A model generated the notes under the pieces. It saw nothing but the letters and a program-made list of their open reading frames with translations, did no database searches and was not told the origin of the DNA. A stretch of DNA of 64,000 bases from assembly GCA_965217035.1 (NCBI GenBank), contig OZ244226.1:1904146-1968145 (forward strand), in the 5' to 3' direction. Shown piece by piece: positions 38,456 to 48,121 of the stretch. The stretch is from Bacteriovoracaceae bacterium. Its GTDB lineage: Bacteria > Bdellovibrionota > Bacteriovoracia > Bacteriovoracales > Bacteriovoracaceae. Numbering within the stretch: the stretch's first letter is position 1; every line of letters starts with the position of its first letter. The position numbers and the translations under genes are program-made.

Positions 38456-38671
38456 ATGGCTAAGAAAAAGAAAAAGACAACAAAGAAAACAAAAGAAATG
38501 CTTTTAGTTGGATCAAAAACTAAAGAAGCTCTTAAAGGAAAGGGATTCAACGTTTCTTCTGACGCTCTTTCTGCAATGAACGATTACGTTTATTGGCTAG
38601 TTGATCAAGCTCAGAAAAGATGTAAGGCAAATGGTAGAAAAACTATCAGACCTTACGATATCATGTCGTAA
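38456..38671 (+). CDS. Bacterial histone-fold protein (Bd0055/HMf-like) with Lys-rich N-terminal tail
   Basis: Core LLVGSKTKEALKGKGFNVSSDALSAMNDYVYWLVDQAQKRCKANGRKTIRPYDI fits the alpha1-L1-alpha2-L2(RKT)-alpha3(D) histone fold; tail MAKKKKKTTKKTKE. Confidence 0.88.
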   Translation: MAKKKKKTTKKTKEMLLVGSKTKEALKGKGFNVSSDALSAMNDYVYWLVDQAQKRCKANGRKTIRPYDIMS

Positions 38672-38688
38672 TCAAAGTTTATTAAATA

Positions 38689-39318
38689 ATGAAGAAGTTT
38701 TTAAAATTATTGATTTTACTTTCGTTTTCACACACTGCTTTCTCTAAAAAGTTTGTGGTTGATCCCAGTAATTCAAAGATAGGTTTCTCTGTAATGAAAT
38801 TTAAAATTGAAAATGCTGTTGTAGGGAATTTTAAAACCTACTCTGGAACTTATGATTTTGATCCAAAGACAATGATTTTAAAAGATGTCAATGTGACGAT
38901 CGAAGCTTCTTCAATTAATACGAATGAAGAAAAGCGGGATGCTCATCTTAAGAAGGATCCCGCATTCTTCAACGTAAAAAAGCACAAAAGCATCACTTTT
39001 AAATCTCTGATGCCTATCAAGCTCAAGCTTGAAAAAATGGTTGTTGTTCCAGGGCTTCTGAAAATAAAGGATGTTGAAAAGAAAATTAGCTTACTTGTAA
39101 TGTTCAATGGAACTAAAGCTAATAAGCCTGCAAAGAGTGCAGAAAAACCTTCTTTTGTTGCCAGTGCTAATATCAATCGTCATGACTTCAAGGTTTCTTG
39201 GAATCAAGATCTTGATAAGAAAAAAGATAAAAGTCTTATCGATCGCTTAAAAACAAAATTCAAACAATTTGCTGGGAAAATTCTCGGTGACAATGTTAAG
39301 GTAAACGTTGTTTTCTAA
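38689..39318 (+). CDS. YceI-family periplasmic lipid/polyisoprenoid-binding protein
   Basis: Signal peptide, VDPSNSKIGF, SINTNEEKRDAHLK, FFNVKKH, INRHDF. Confidence 0.88.
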   Translation: MKKFLKLLILLSFSHTAFSKKFVVDPSNSKIGFSVMKFKIENAVVGNFKTYSGTYDFDPKTMILKDVNVTIEASSINTNEEKRDAHLKKDPAFFNVKKHKSITFKSLMPIKLKLEKMVVVPGLLKIKDVEKKISLLVMFNGTKANKPAKSAEKPSFVASANINRHDFKVSWNQDLDKKKDKSLIDRLKTKFKQFAGKILGDNVKVNVVF

Positions 39319-39857
39319 TGAAAGGTAGTACAAAGTTTCTTCTTTTGATTTTTCTTATTGCCGGAATCGTCGGAGGAAAGTTCTTTGCTTTCGATTATCC
39401 TATTTCGAATGGAAAACGAGTGGGGAACCTCACAAAGCTTTCACTTAAAGGAAAAATTCTCAAAACCTGGGAAGGAACGATTGATGAAGGAAGTGGGGAC
39501 AAGCTTACGACTCAGTTTTCAGTAAGAAGTAATGCTCTTGCAGAAGAGCTTTATGGTTATGAAGGAAGAAAAGTCGTTCTGTATTACGAGCAGTACTATT
39601 TTGGTTGGCCTCGTGACACGAATTACAATATTACCTCTTGGAAACCTCAAGAAGATGCAACGGAAAAGAAAATCTTAGAAAAAGTTGCAGAGATTCCTCA
39701 AGGCCCTGAGTCTCCAGCATTGAATATGTTAAGTAAGACAATGTTCTGTACTTTTCTTGGCTCTTTAATTAAAAATCCAGAACTCTACAAAAAAGTAAAA
39801 GAGTATATTAAGACTCAGAATCTTTATCTTTATAAGCAATACGATTCTTGTAATTAA
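39318..39857 (+). CDS. Membrane-anchored hypothetical protein
   Basis: N-terminal TM, SNGKRVGNLTKLSLKG..KTWEG, WPRDTNY; overlaps the yceI stop. Confidence 0.75.
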   Translation: MKGSTKFLLLIFLIAGIVGGKFFAFDYPISNGKRVGNLTKLSLKGKILKTWEGTIDEGSGDKLTTQFSVRSNALAEELYGYEGRKVVLYYEQYYFGWPRDTNYNITSWKPQEDATEKKILEKVAEIPQGPESPALNMLSKTMFCTFLGSLIKNPELYKKVKEYIKTQNLYLYKQYDSCN

Positions 39858-39868
39858 AACCGTCTATG

Positions 39869-40339
39869 TTAAAGATTAATGACCTGTGAAAGGTTTGTAC
39901 CTTCTGTGAGAAGGAAGGACTTGAAGTTCATATTCAAGCCAGTTTGGTAATCACTTTCTTTATCTCCAATCATGACGCAATCTTTAGGAGAGAGATTCCA
40001 CTTTGAGATGAGATTTTCGAGCATGGCAGTCTTAGGTTTCCGACAGGGACAGTCATCATCTGGAGTGTGTGGGCAGAAGGCAAGGTCGTCAAAAGGTTTG
40101 AGCCCTTGTTCTTGCATCTGTCGGTTCATTTCATCATGAACCTTGAGTACAGAAGAGACAGGGAAATAACCTCTTCCCACTCCCGACTGATTCGTGACAA
40201 TGAATATCTTAGCTCCTCTTTCCTGGAGAGTTTTGAGAACTTCAAAGGCAGCAGGAAGAAACTCAACCTGTTTAGGATCAGATAAATAATGCTTATCAAT
40301 AATGAGTGTGCCGTCACGGTCAAAAAAGTAGGCTTTCAT
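39869..40339 (-). CDS. gmhB: D-glycero-D-manno-heptose-1,7-bisphosphate phosphatase (HAD IIIA)
   Basis: FFDRDGTL, VTNQSGVGRG, CPH..CPCRKP, MIGD. Confidence 0.88.
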   Translation of the reverse strand: MKAYFFDRDGTLIIDKHYLSDPKQVEFLPAAFEVLKTLQERGAKIFIVTNQSGVGRGYFPVSSVLKVHDEMNRQMQEQGLKPFDDLAFCPHTPDDDCPCRKPKTAMLENLISKWNLSPKDCVMIGDKESDYQTGLNMNFKSFLLTEGTNLSQVINL

Positions 40340-40412
40340 CTATTTCTAAGTTTTACACGCTCGATCAATAAAAGTACACTAGGAGGGCGTTGAGAACATC
40401 TTTAGGGTAAAT

Positions 40413-41735
40413 ATGAGTGAATTTAAGAATTTAGAATCAATGGCTGAACTTGTCTCCCTTTGTAAGCGAAGAGGGTTTCTTTTTCAAAGCTCTGAGATCT
40501 ATGGAGGACTTGGATCTTGTTGGGATTATGGGCCACTTGGAATTGAGCTAAAAAATAATATCAAAAATCGTTGGTGGAAATCGATGACCTATCGTGAAGA
40601 TGTTGAAGGAGTTGATGCCTCTATTCTCATGCATCCAGAAGTTTGGAGGGCCTCGGGGCACGTTGATAACTTCACTGATCCACTCGTTGATTGCAAGGAA
40701 TGTAAATCTCGTTTTCGAGAAGATCAGATTGATACCTCTGCTCCTTGCCCGAATTGTGGAGCGAAAGATCAGTTCACAGATGCTCGTGAATTTAACCTCA
40801 TGTTTTCAACTCAAATGGGCCCGGTAGAAGATAGTTCTTCAAAAGTTTACCTACGACCAGAAACGGCCCAGGGAATTTTTGTAAACTTTTTGAATGTACA
40901 GACAACGATGAGAAAGAAACTGCCATTTGGAATTGCTCAAATTGGTAAAGCTTTTAGAAATGAAATTACTCCAGGAAATTTTATTTTTAGAACTCGTGAA
41001 TTTGAACAAATGGAGATGCAATATTTCGTAAGACCAGGTTCACAAAAAGAGTTTATGGAAGAATGGAAAGAAACTCGTTACCGATGGCATATTGATAATG
41101 GTTTAAGACCTGAGAAGCTTCGCTATCATCCCCATGGACCAAAAGAGTTAGCGCATTATGCAGATGCTGCTCTTGATATTGAATATGAATTTCCAATTGG
41201 TTGGGGAGAGATGGAAGGGATTCACTCCCGTACGGATTTTGATCTTAAACAACATGAAGAGTTTTCAAAGAAAAACTTAAACTATGTCGATCAAGCTAAT
41301 AATAATGAAAAGTACATACCTTATGTTATTGAAACCTCAGTAGGTTGTGATCGTTCCTTGTTGGCCGTCCTTTGTGATGCCTATCGTTTAGAAAATCCAG
41401 GGAATAAAGAGACCGAGCGAGTTGTTATGAAGTTTCATAAAAAACTCGCACCAATAAAAATTGCAGTTCTTCCTCTTATGAAAAAAGGTGGTTTGGAAGA
41501 GCTTGGAAGGAAAATTTATAGCGATCTTAATAAAGAATACAAGTGCGAATTTGATGTGGCTGGTTCCATTGGGAAAAGATATCGAAGGCAAGACGAAATA
41601 GGGACCCCATATTGTTTAACGGCTGATTTTGATTCATTAGAAGATAATGCTGTTACTATTAGAGATAGAGATACGATGGAACAATCGCGAATAAGCATTG
41701 ATAAACTTACTGATTTCTTTAAAGAGAATCTATAA
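40413..41735 (+). CDS. glyQS: Glycine--tRNA ligase, homodimeric alpha2 (eukaryote/archaea-like) type
   Basis: [59 protein letters not shown]. Confidence 0.96.
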   Translation: MSEFKNLESMAELVSLCKRRGFLFQSSEIYGGLGSCWDYGPLGIELKNNIKNRWWKSMTYREDVEGVDASILMHPEVWRASGHVDNFTDPLVDCKECKSRFREDQIDTSAPCPNCGAKDQFTDAREFNLMFSTQMGPVEDSSSKVYLRPETAQGIFVNFLNVQTTMRKKLPFGIAQIGKAFRNEITPGNFIFRTREFEQMEMQYFVRPGSQKEFMEEWKETRYRWHIDNGLRPEKLRYHPHGPKELAHYADAALDIEYEFPIGWGEMEGIHSRTDFDLKQHEEFSKKNLNYVDQANNNEKYIPYVIETSVGCDRSLLAVLCDAYRLENPGNKETERVVMKFHKKLAPIKIAVLPLMKKGGLEELGRKIYSDLNKEYKCEFDVAGSIGKRYRRQDEIGTPYCLTADFDSLEDNAVTIRDRDTMEQSRISIDKLTDFFKENL

Positions 41736-41744
41736 TAGGGATTC

Positions 41745-43196
41745 ATGATGAATTTAGAGAACTTCTGGGATGCTCAAAAGCTAAGCCAAAATCAATCTAA
41801 GATAAAAAAAATCTTTTTTTATAGAGTTTGCGGAATGGGGATGGGAACCTGTGCGAAACTTTTAAAGGAAGCGGGTTTTGAGGTTGAAGGAGCGGATGGC
41901 ACATTTTTCCCTCCGATGAGTGATTATCTCAAAGAAGCTGAAATTCCAAGTTATTCACTCGATGAAGTAAATCCTGATTTTTTAAAAAAATATGATCTTA
42001 TTGTTGTTGGAAATTCAGTAGGGGGAAAAACTGAGACAGCAAGAATGATAGAGAAGGTTGGAGTACCCTTTACTTCCTTTCCTACTATTATGGGAGAGCT
42101 TGTTCTTAAAGGTAGGAACGTCATTGGTATTGCCGGAACTCATGGCAAAACAACGACAACTTATTATTTCACCCAGGTTCTTGATCGCTTAGGAGCAAAG
42201 CCTGGTTATTTTGTTGCAGGAATTCTTTTAGACCGTCCTCCTGCTGCTCTAGGAAAAGGTGAGTATTTTGTTATTGAAAGTGATGAATATGATACTTCTT
42301 ATTTTCAAAAGAATGCGAAACTTCGACACTACCATATAAAGAACTTAATTCTGACTTCCCTTGAATTTGATCATGCAGATATTTATGAGAATACAGATGC
42401 GATTGAAGCAGAGTTTCATGTGATACTTAATGAACTTACTCGAATGATCGGAAACTCCGATTATACTTGTGTTAATAATGTTTCTGAGAAACTAAAAGAA
42501 ACGACTGGAAAACAAGCTGCTTTCTATGGACATAAATCTGACTTTGGTCCTTATAATCTCAATTATCAAAATGGGAAATGCCAATTCTCTTTAAACTATA
42601 AAGGAAGTGAGCTTAGTTTTGAAACCTCTGTCATTGGTGATCATAATATTTTGAATCTTTCAAGCTGTATTCTTTTTTGTCTTGAAGAAGGTTTTGAGTA
42701 TGAAAAAATCAAGGATGCAGTTAAAGAAATTGAAAATGTAAAAAGACGCCAAGAATATCGAGGAAAGTTTAAAGAAGCATTGGTGGTAGAGGATTTTGCT
42801 CACCACCCTTCTTCTGTCGCCGTAACATTGGATGCTATCAAAAAGAAATACCCTGGATACAAAGTTCATTGTGTCATTGAGCCGAGCACATCAACGGCCC
42901 GGAGTGAAGCGTTTCAAAAAACTTTTATTCCTGCTTTCAAAGGTTCTGAATCTGTAGTCATTGCAGATCCAGGTATCCCGACAAATGCTGTCCAGTATGA
43001 GAATCTTGATTTTTCGCAGCTTTCTAAAGATATTTCCGATTCATTAGGAATAAAGTCATTCATGGTTAGCCAGCTCGATGAGCTGAGAAGTATAATTGAG
43101 GAACTAGCCTCTGAGAAATCCGTTCTCCTTATTATGGGAAATAGAACAATTCTTGGGTTATGGGAATCTAGTTTTGTTAACCAGCTTAAAGAATGA
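41745..43196 (+). CDS. mpl: Murein peptide ligase (MurC/Mpl family)
   Basis: VCGMGM, FPPMSD, AGTHGKTTT, ESDEYDT, LEFDHADI, VKRRQE, EDFAHHP. Confidence 0.88.
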   Translation: MMNLENFWDAQKLSQNQSKIKKIFFYRVCGMGMGTCAKLLKEAGFEVEGADGTFFPPMSDYLKEAEIPSYSLDEVNPDFLKKYDLIVVGNSVGGKTETARMIEKVGVPFTSFPTIMGELVLKGRNVIGIAGTHGKTTTTYYFTQVLDRLGAKPGYFVAGILLDRPPAALGKGEYFVIESDEYDTSYFQKNAKLRHYHIKNLILTSLEFDHADIYENTDAIEAEFHVILNELTRMIGNSDYTCVNNVSEKLKETTGKQAAFYGHKSDFGPYNLNYQNGKCQFSLNYKGSELSFETSVIGDHNILNLSSCILFCLEEGFEYEKIKDAVKEIENVKRRQEYRGKFKEALVVEDFAHHPSSVAVTLDAIKKKYPGYKVHCVIEPSTSTARSEAFQKTFIPAFKGSESVVIADPGIPTNAVQYENLDFSQLSKDISDSLGIKSFMVSQLDELRSIIEELASEKSVLLIMGNRTILGLWESSFVNQLKE

Positions 43197-44839
43197 ATAG
43201 ATTTTTAATATTTTTTTTCCTAATAACAACTGCTTTCTCACAAGAGTTTAATTTTCATCCAAAACTTAATAGTTCTCATAATAAGCTAATCAAGAAATAC
43301 GATAAGGTGCTTCGTCAGTATAAAAAGAAGTTCTGTGAACCAGATTTAGAGAAAAAATATGACGCACTTTTTACCGATTATCAGGGAAATGGAATTTATG
43401 TTCCTTATCTTAATAACGAGATTGATATTGATACCATCAAAAAAAATCTTTATCTGTTAAAATCAAAAAAACGATGGATTCAATCTAAAAGAAATCGACT
43501 TAAAAAATATGTTCGGCTTCCTTCATTGGATAAAGGACTTGTTAAACTTGAAAAACTTGTAGAGGAAAATCTTAAAGTAAAATATGAATTTGATGTATTA
43601 GGAAAAAAAGACAGAGAAACGATAAAAAAAGGAAAGAGAACTTTCGCTGCCATTAGGGACTTCTATATTAAATTCGAACAAAAATTCTTTTATATGCATA
43701 ATTTCGGTTATCCCGTGAACCATAGAGAAAATCGGAGGGCTTATGAACTTGCTAAGGCTCAAGATATTCAGAAAAGAATGAATCAAACTTTTTTCAGAAG
43801 AAAAATTTATGAAGATGGAGCTCCAAGTTCTTCTGTCTATAAAAAGGATACATTCCCTAGAACAATCATTGATACAATCAAAAGAGAGATTCTCAAGAAA
43901 CAAATTTTTGTAAGCAACAGTCTTCAGTATGATATTGAATGGCTACTGACAACTCTGCCTAAGGCGAGACGTTACGGAATTATTCATTATAAAAATGCTT
44001 TTAAATCCTGGGAAGAAAAAGTTTCTGAAATGCTACGTTTTTATAGCGGAATTTTGAACAAGAATGATAAGGATAGAAAGTTTGCAAGTCTCAAGCTTCA
44101 GGCAACGGAAGCCATCAAAAAGTATGTAAATTCTCGTCTCGGCAAGGTCTATGATTATTGGACGGATCAAGAGGAAATTTATAGGAGCATGTTTGCTCTT
44201 GAAACAATTCTTTTTAACGAAGTAGGAGCTTTAGATCCGTCCGGGAAGGAAAGAAAGGAAGTTGTTGATGTGGTTTTAAATCGCTATCACAGTGATACTT
44301 ATAATAAACTTGATCCCAAACAGGATCTTGTTCAATACATCGAAACGAAAAATACGAATTCTTATAAGTGGCTAAATGTTTTTTTGAAAGAGAGAGAGTT
44401 CTCTTTTACTTATTATTTCATCCCTGCAGTTATTAATATTTTTTGTCCTCCTCGGACAAAATGGGCGAAGCAACTTCGAAAGAGTAATCTGAGACTTAGC
44501 CTTAAAGCTTTACGAAATTATGAAGTAAAACCAAAGTCTCAACAGGCAATTCGCTATTTTTCTAGGGCCTCTATGATAGGAAGAATAGATATGGCACCAG
44601 TATGGAGTAATCATAAACAAATGCCAGAAAAACTAGGAAAACGGATTAAGAAAGCGGATGACATACTGCAGTCTATTGATCAAAAGAAGTTTAAATACCG
44701 ATATAGCTTTATGAGAGAAGGCCAGATTTATAACGTTTTTAAGGTTCAGGGGCAAAAGTACGCAATCGCCAATACCTCCAAAGGGCGAAAAGTTTACCGT
44801 TATCGTGACCCTCACTTTTTTCGTTTCTTTAGTCTTTAA
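43193..44839 (+). CDS. Secreted basic protein with probable C-terminal SleB/Hydrolase_2-like cell-wall hydrolase domain
   Basis: Signal peptide; LETILFNEVG...KEVVDVVLNRY...VFLKEREFSF...AIRYF. Confidence 0.6.
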   Translation: MNRFLIFFFLITTAFSQEFNFHPKLNSSHNKLIKKYDKVLRQYKKKFCEPDLEKKYDALFTDYQGNGIYVPYLNNEIDIDTIKKNLYLLKSKKRWIQSKRNRLKKYVRLPSLDKGLVKLEKLVEENLKVKYEFDVLGKKDRETIKKGKRTFAAIRDFYIKFEQKFFYMHNFGYPVNHRENRRAYELAKAQDIQKRMNQTFFRRKIYEDGAPSSSVYKKDTFPRTIIDTIKREILKKQIFVSNSLQYDIEWLLTTLPKARRYGIIHYKNAFKSWEEKVSEMLRFYSGILNKNDKDRKFASLKLQATEAIKKYVNSRLGKVYDYWTDQEEIYRSMFALETILFNEVGALDPSGKERKEVVDVVLNRYHSDTYNKLDPKQDLVQYIETKNTNSYKWLNVFLKEREFSFTYYFIPAVINIFCPPRTKWAKQLRKSNLRLSLKALRNYEVKPKSQQAIRYFSRASMIGRIDMAPVWSNHKQMPEKLGKRIKKADDILQSIDQKKFKYRYSFMREGQIYNVFKVQGQKYAIANTSKGRKVYRYRDPHFFRFFSL

Positions 44840-44908
44840 AGCCTGATAGACATGTTTTCACGCTCTGTGTATATTAAGCCATTCGGTATAATCCAGGAGA
44901 ATGAATCA

Positions 44909-46072
44909 ATGAAAAACTTTCTTTTTACTTCAGAATCAGTAACAGAAGGCCATCCAGATAAAATGGCTGATCAAATCTCAGATGCAGTGTTAGATGCTTA
45001 TTTGAAGGAAGACACCGATTCGAGAGTTGCTTGTGAGACGATGATTACCACTGGTCTTGTTGTTCTTGCTGGTGAAGTAACTTCAAAAGCAAATTTAGAT
45101 TTCCAAGGAATCGTTAGAAATAAAATTAAAGAAATTGGTTATGATGATTCTGAAAAAGGATTTGATTGCAATACTTGTTCGGTAATGGTTGCACTCGATA
45201 AGCAATCACCTGATATTTCTCAAGGTGTGACTGAAGGCGAAGGAACCTTTAAAGAGCAAGGAGCTGGGGATCAGGGTATTATGTTTGGTTATGCTGTTGA
45301 TGAAACAACGAGCTTAATGCCACTTTCAATTGATCTCTCTCATCGACTTGCAAAGAAATTATCTGACGTTCGTAAAGATGGAGTCCTTCCGCTTTTGAGA
45401 GCTGATGGGAAAACACAAGTAACTTGTGAATATATCGATAACAAACTTGCTCGGATTGATAGTATTGTTCTTTCTACTCAGCATGCAGAGGAAATGTCTC
45501 TTACTGATGTTCAAGAAGGAATTCGTGAAGAAGTTATCAAAAGAATTGTTCCTGAAGAATTGATTGATGCAAAAACAAAGTTTTTTATTAACCCTACTGG
45601 TCGTTTTGTTATTGGCGGTCCAATGGGTGATTGTGGTTTAACAGGCCGAAAAATTATTGTTGATACTTACGGTGGGCATGGAGCTCATGGTGGGGGAGCA
45701 TTTTCGGGTAAAGACCCAAGTAAGGTTGATAGGTCTGCTGCCTATGCCACAAGACATATTGCTAAGAATATTGTTGGAGCTGGACTAGCTTCACGAGCAC
45801 TTGTTCAAGTTGCCTATGCTATTGGAGTTGCTGAACCTATGTCTGTTAATGTTAATACATTTGGAACTGCTAATATTGATGAAGATAGAATTGTAAAAGC
45901 AATTAACGAAACATTTGATCTTCGGCCAAAAGCTATCATTGATACTTATGGGTTAAAGGCTGCTATTTATTCTCCAACGGCGGCTTATGGCCATTTTGGT
46001 CGTGAAGCAGCTAATGGTTTCTTTAAGTGGGAAGATCTCGATAAAGTAGACGCGCTTAAGTCATTCCTCTAA
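44909..46072 (+). CDS. metK: S-adenosylmethionine synthetase
   Basis: [52 protein letters not shown]. Confidence 0.98.
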   Translation: MKNFLFTSESVTEGHPDKMADQISDAVLDAYLKEDTDSRVACETMITTGLVVLAGEVTSKANLDFQGIVRNKIKEIGYDDSEKGFDCNTCSVMVALDKQSPDISQGVTEGEGTFKEQGAGDQGIMFGYAVDETTSLMPLSIDLSHRLAKKLSDVRKDGVLPLLRADGKTQVTCEYIDNKLARIDSIVLSTQHAEEMSLTDVQEGIREEVIKRIVPEELIDAKTKFFINPTGRFVIGGPMGDCGLTGRKIIVDTYGGHGAHGGGAFSGKDPSKVDRSAAYATRHIAKNIVGAGLASRALVQVAYAIGVAEPMSVNVNTFGTANIDEDRIVKAINETFDLRPKAIIDTYGLKAAIYSPTAAYGHFGREAANGFFKWEDLDKVDALKSFL

Positions 46073-46082
46073 AGTTTAAATT

Positions 46083-46286
46083 ATGTGGTTAAAATTAACA
46101 CCATTCTGGGCCGGACCTTCGGCCCTTATCTTTTTCTATTATGCTGTTTACATGCATCGCAACGCTCGGCCTTTTGCTTCAAAAATTTACTTATTCCTTG
46201 GTTGTACAGCGCTTGGCGCCATAGCATACTATTATTTTGTAGATCCTACGTTTCAACAGATTATAAATCTTATAAAAGATCAATGA
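46083..46286 (+). CDS. Small two-TM membrane protein
   Basis: 67 aa, two hydrophobic segments, 10 nt after metK. Confidence 0.6.
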   Translation: MWLKLTPFWAGPSALIFFYYAVYMHRNARPFASKIYLFLGCTALGAIAYYYFVDPTFQQIINLIKDQ

Positions 46287-46326
46287 ATTACATTGTAAAA
46301 AAGAATTCGGCACATGTGTTGGGTAT

Positions 46327-46355
46327 TTGACACTGATCCGAATCTCCGATAGCAT
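46327..46355 (+). promoter_or_regulatory. Sigma70 promoter of the flagellar master-type activator
   Basis: TTGACA-N17-TAGCAT. Confidence 0.6.
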
Positions 46356-46367
46356 TCATAAGGTATT

Positions 46368-47927
46368 ATGGATGATTTAAGTTATTTAACCCACTCTTAT
46401 GACACTTCACTAGATGATCAATCGATGATCTCTCAATCTGATCAAAAGATTTTATTTTGTGATAAACCTCAAATAGTTGTTCTTGAGGATGATAAAGCTC
46501 TTTCAACTAGTATTAAGTTATTCCTTGAAAAATCTCTGAATGCAGAGGTTTTGGTTTTTAATAACGGGACAGATTTCTTAGAAAACTTCGTTAATAATCC
46601 TTCAACGGAACCTTTTTGTTTATTAGCTGATATCAGTCTTGGAGCTGGTCATGATGGTCTTTTCCTTCTCGACCTTCTCTCTGAAAAGAAAGTTCGCTTC
46701 TTCTCCATCGTTATGACTGGTTTTGCGAGTATTGAAACTGCAATTTCGGCAACTAAAAAAGGTGTTTATCAGTACCTTACGAAGCCATTTGAGCTCGATA
46801 ATCTCAATAAATTAATTATTGAAGGTTTTGCTCAAAAATTAAGAATTATTGTTAAGAACCAAAAGTTTATTGAAGCTTCTAATGTAACAACATCGATTTC
46901 TAATCAACTAAATGAGGAGAAAGTTAAGGTTTCTCTTCCCGAAGTTACGGATGAAGACGTGTTCTGTTCAATGATTGGTCGTTCAACAAAGATGAGCCTT
47001 GTTTTTGATAGGATTCGTAAAGTTGCAAATTCTACATCAACAGTCCTTGTTACTGGTGAATCAGGAACTGGAAAAGAGTTAGTTGCAAAAGGTATTCATC
47101 AGCTTTCACGGCGAAAAACACTTCCATTTGTTTCCATTAACTGTGGCGCAATTCCTCGAGATCTTTTGGAAAGTGAACTTTTTGGACATGTAAAAGGGGC
47201 TTTTACTGGAGCTATTTCAAATCGGAAAGGGAAATTTGAGCTTGCTAATGAATCAAGTATCTTCCTTGATGAAATAGGAGATATGCCTCTTGTTCTTCAG
47301 GTCAAATTGCTAAGAGTTCTACAATCTCGACAAGTCGAACCAGTGGGTTCTTGTAAAGTTGTTGAAATCAATACACGAGTGATTGCAGCGACTCACAGAA
47401 ACCTTGAAGAGGAAGTTGCCGAAGGTCGTTTTAGAGAAGATCTCTTCTATCGATTGAATGTCATTCCAATTCAGATTCCTTCACTTCGTGAGCGAAAAGA
47501 AGATATTCCACTTTTAATTTCTTTCTTTCTAAAGAAATATGTGAGTGCAGATAACAGTAATATGGTTCAATTCTCTCAAGATGCTTTTGATCTTCTTATG
47601 AGTTACAATTGGCCAGGAAACGTAAGGGAACTTGAAAATGTTATTGAAAGGCTTGTTATCCTAAAAGGTGGATCAACAATTGTGCCAGCTGATCTTCCTA
47701 CGAAAATTTTTAAAGGGAATCCACTCTCTAATAGAACTTATAAAACGCTTTTTGATCTTCCAGAAGAGGGAGTTCAGTTGAAGCAAGTTCTTTCAGATAT
47801 TGAAGACTCACTTATTATTCAAGCACTTGATAGAACCAAGGGCAATAAGAACAAGGCTTCAAAGCTTTTGGGTCTCAATCGAACAACTCTGATTGAAAAG
47901 ATCAAGAAAAAGGGTCTTTTAGTCTGA
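46368..47927 (+). CDS. Sigma54-dependent response regulator at the head of the flagellar cluster (NtrC/FleQ/FlgR-like)
   Basis: Receiver (LEDD, LADI, MTG, KPF), GESGTGKE, ESELFGHVKGAFTGA, FLDEIG, FREDLFYRL, WPGNVREL, Fis HTH. Confidence 0.93.
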   Translation: MDDLSYLTHSYDTSLDDQSMISQSDQKILFCDKPQIVVLEDDKALSTSIKLFLEKSLNAEVLVFNNGTDFLENFVNNPSTEPFCLLADISLGAGHDGLFLLDLLSEKKVRFFSIVMTGFASIETAISATKKGVYQYLTKPFELDNLNKLIIEGFAQKLRIIVKNQKFIEASNVTTSISNQLNEEKVKVSLPEVTDEDVFCSMIGRSTKMSLVFDRIRKVANSTSTVLVTGESGTGKELVAKGIHQLSRRKTLPFVSINCGAIPRDLLESELFGHVKGAFTGAISNRKGKFELANESSIFLDEIGDMPLVLQVKLLRVLQSRQVEPVGSCKVVEINTRVIAATHRNLEEEVAEGRFREDLFYRLNVIPIQIPSLRERKEDIPLLISFFLKKYVSADNSNMVQFSQDAFDLLMSYNWPGNVRELENVIERLVILKGGSTIVPADLPTKIFKGNPLSNRTYKTLFDLPEEGVQLKQVLSDIEDSLIIQALDRTKGNKNKASKLLGLNRTTLIEKIKKKGLLV

Positions 47928-48121
47928 TCATTTAGCTCTGTCTTTCGAATCTTAGATCGCTTTAAAAAGAAAGAGGGCGATTTGTGCCTAAAATCTGGGC
48001 AGGGGCAAAATTGCACTAGCGAAAATTTTCCTACCAGTAAATATTTCCTTTTTTCGAACTAAAACTAGTGTAAAATGTTAGAAGACCTGTCTAGTAAGGC
48101 AGTTCATTTATAACAGGAAGT

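Noticed and set aside
44840..44908. SAM riboswitch before metK
   Set aside because: The gap is under 70 nt and is taken up by a sigma70-like promoter (TAGACA-N17-TATATT) and RBS
47995..48115. Sigma54 promoter for the flagellar operon
   Set aside because: Candidates have GG-N9-GC spacing or lack the -12 GC, so none could be supported
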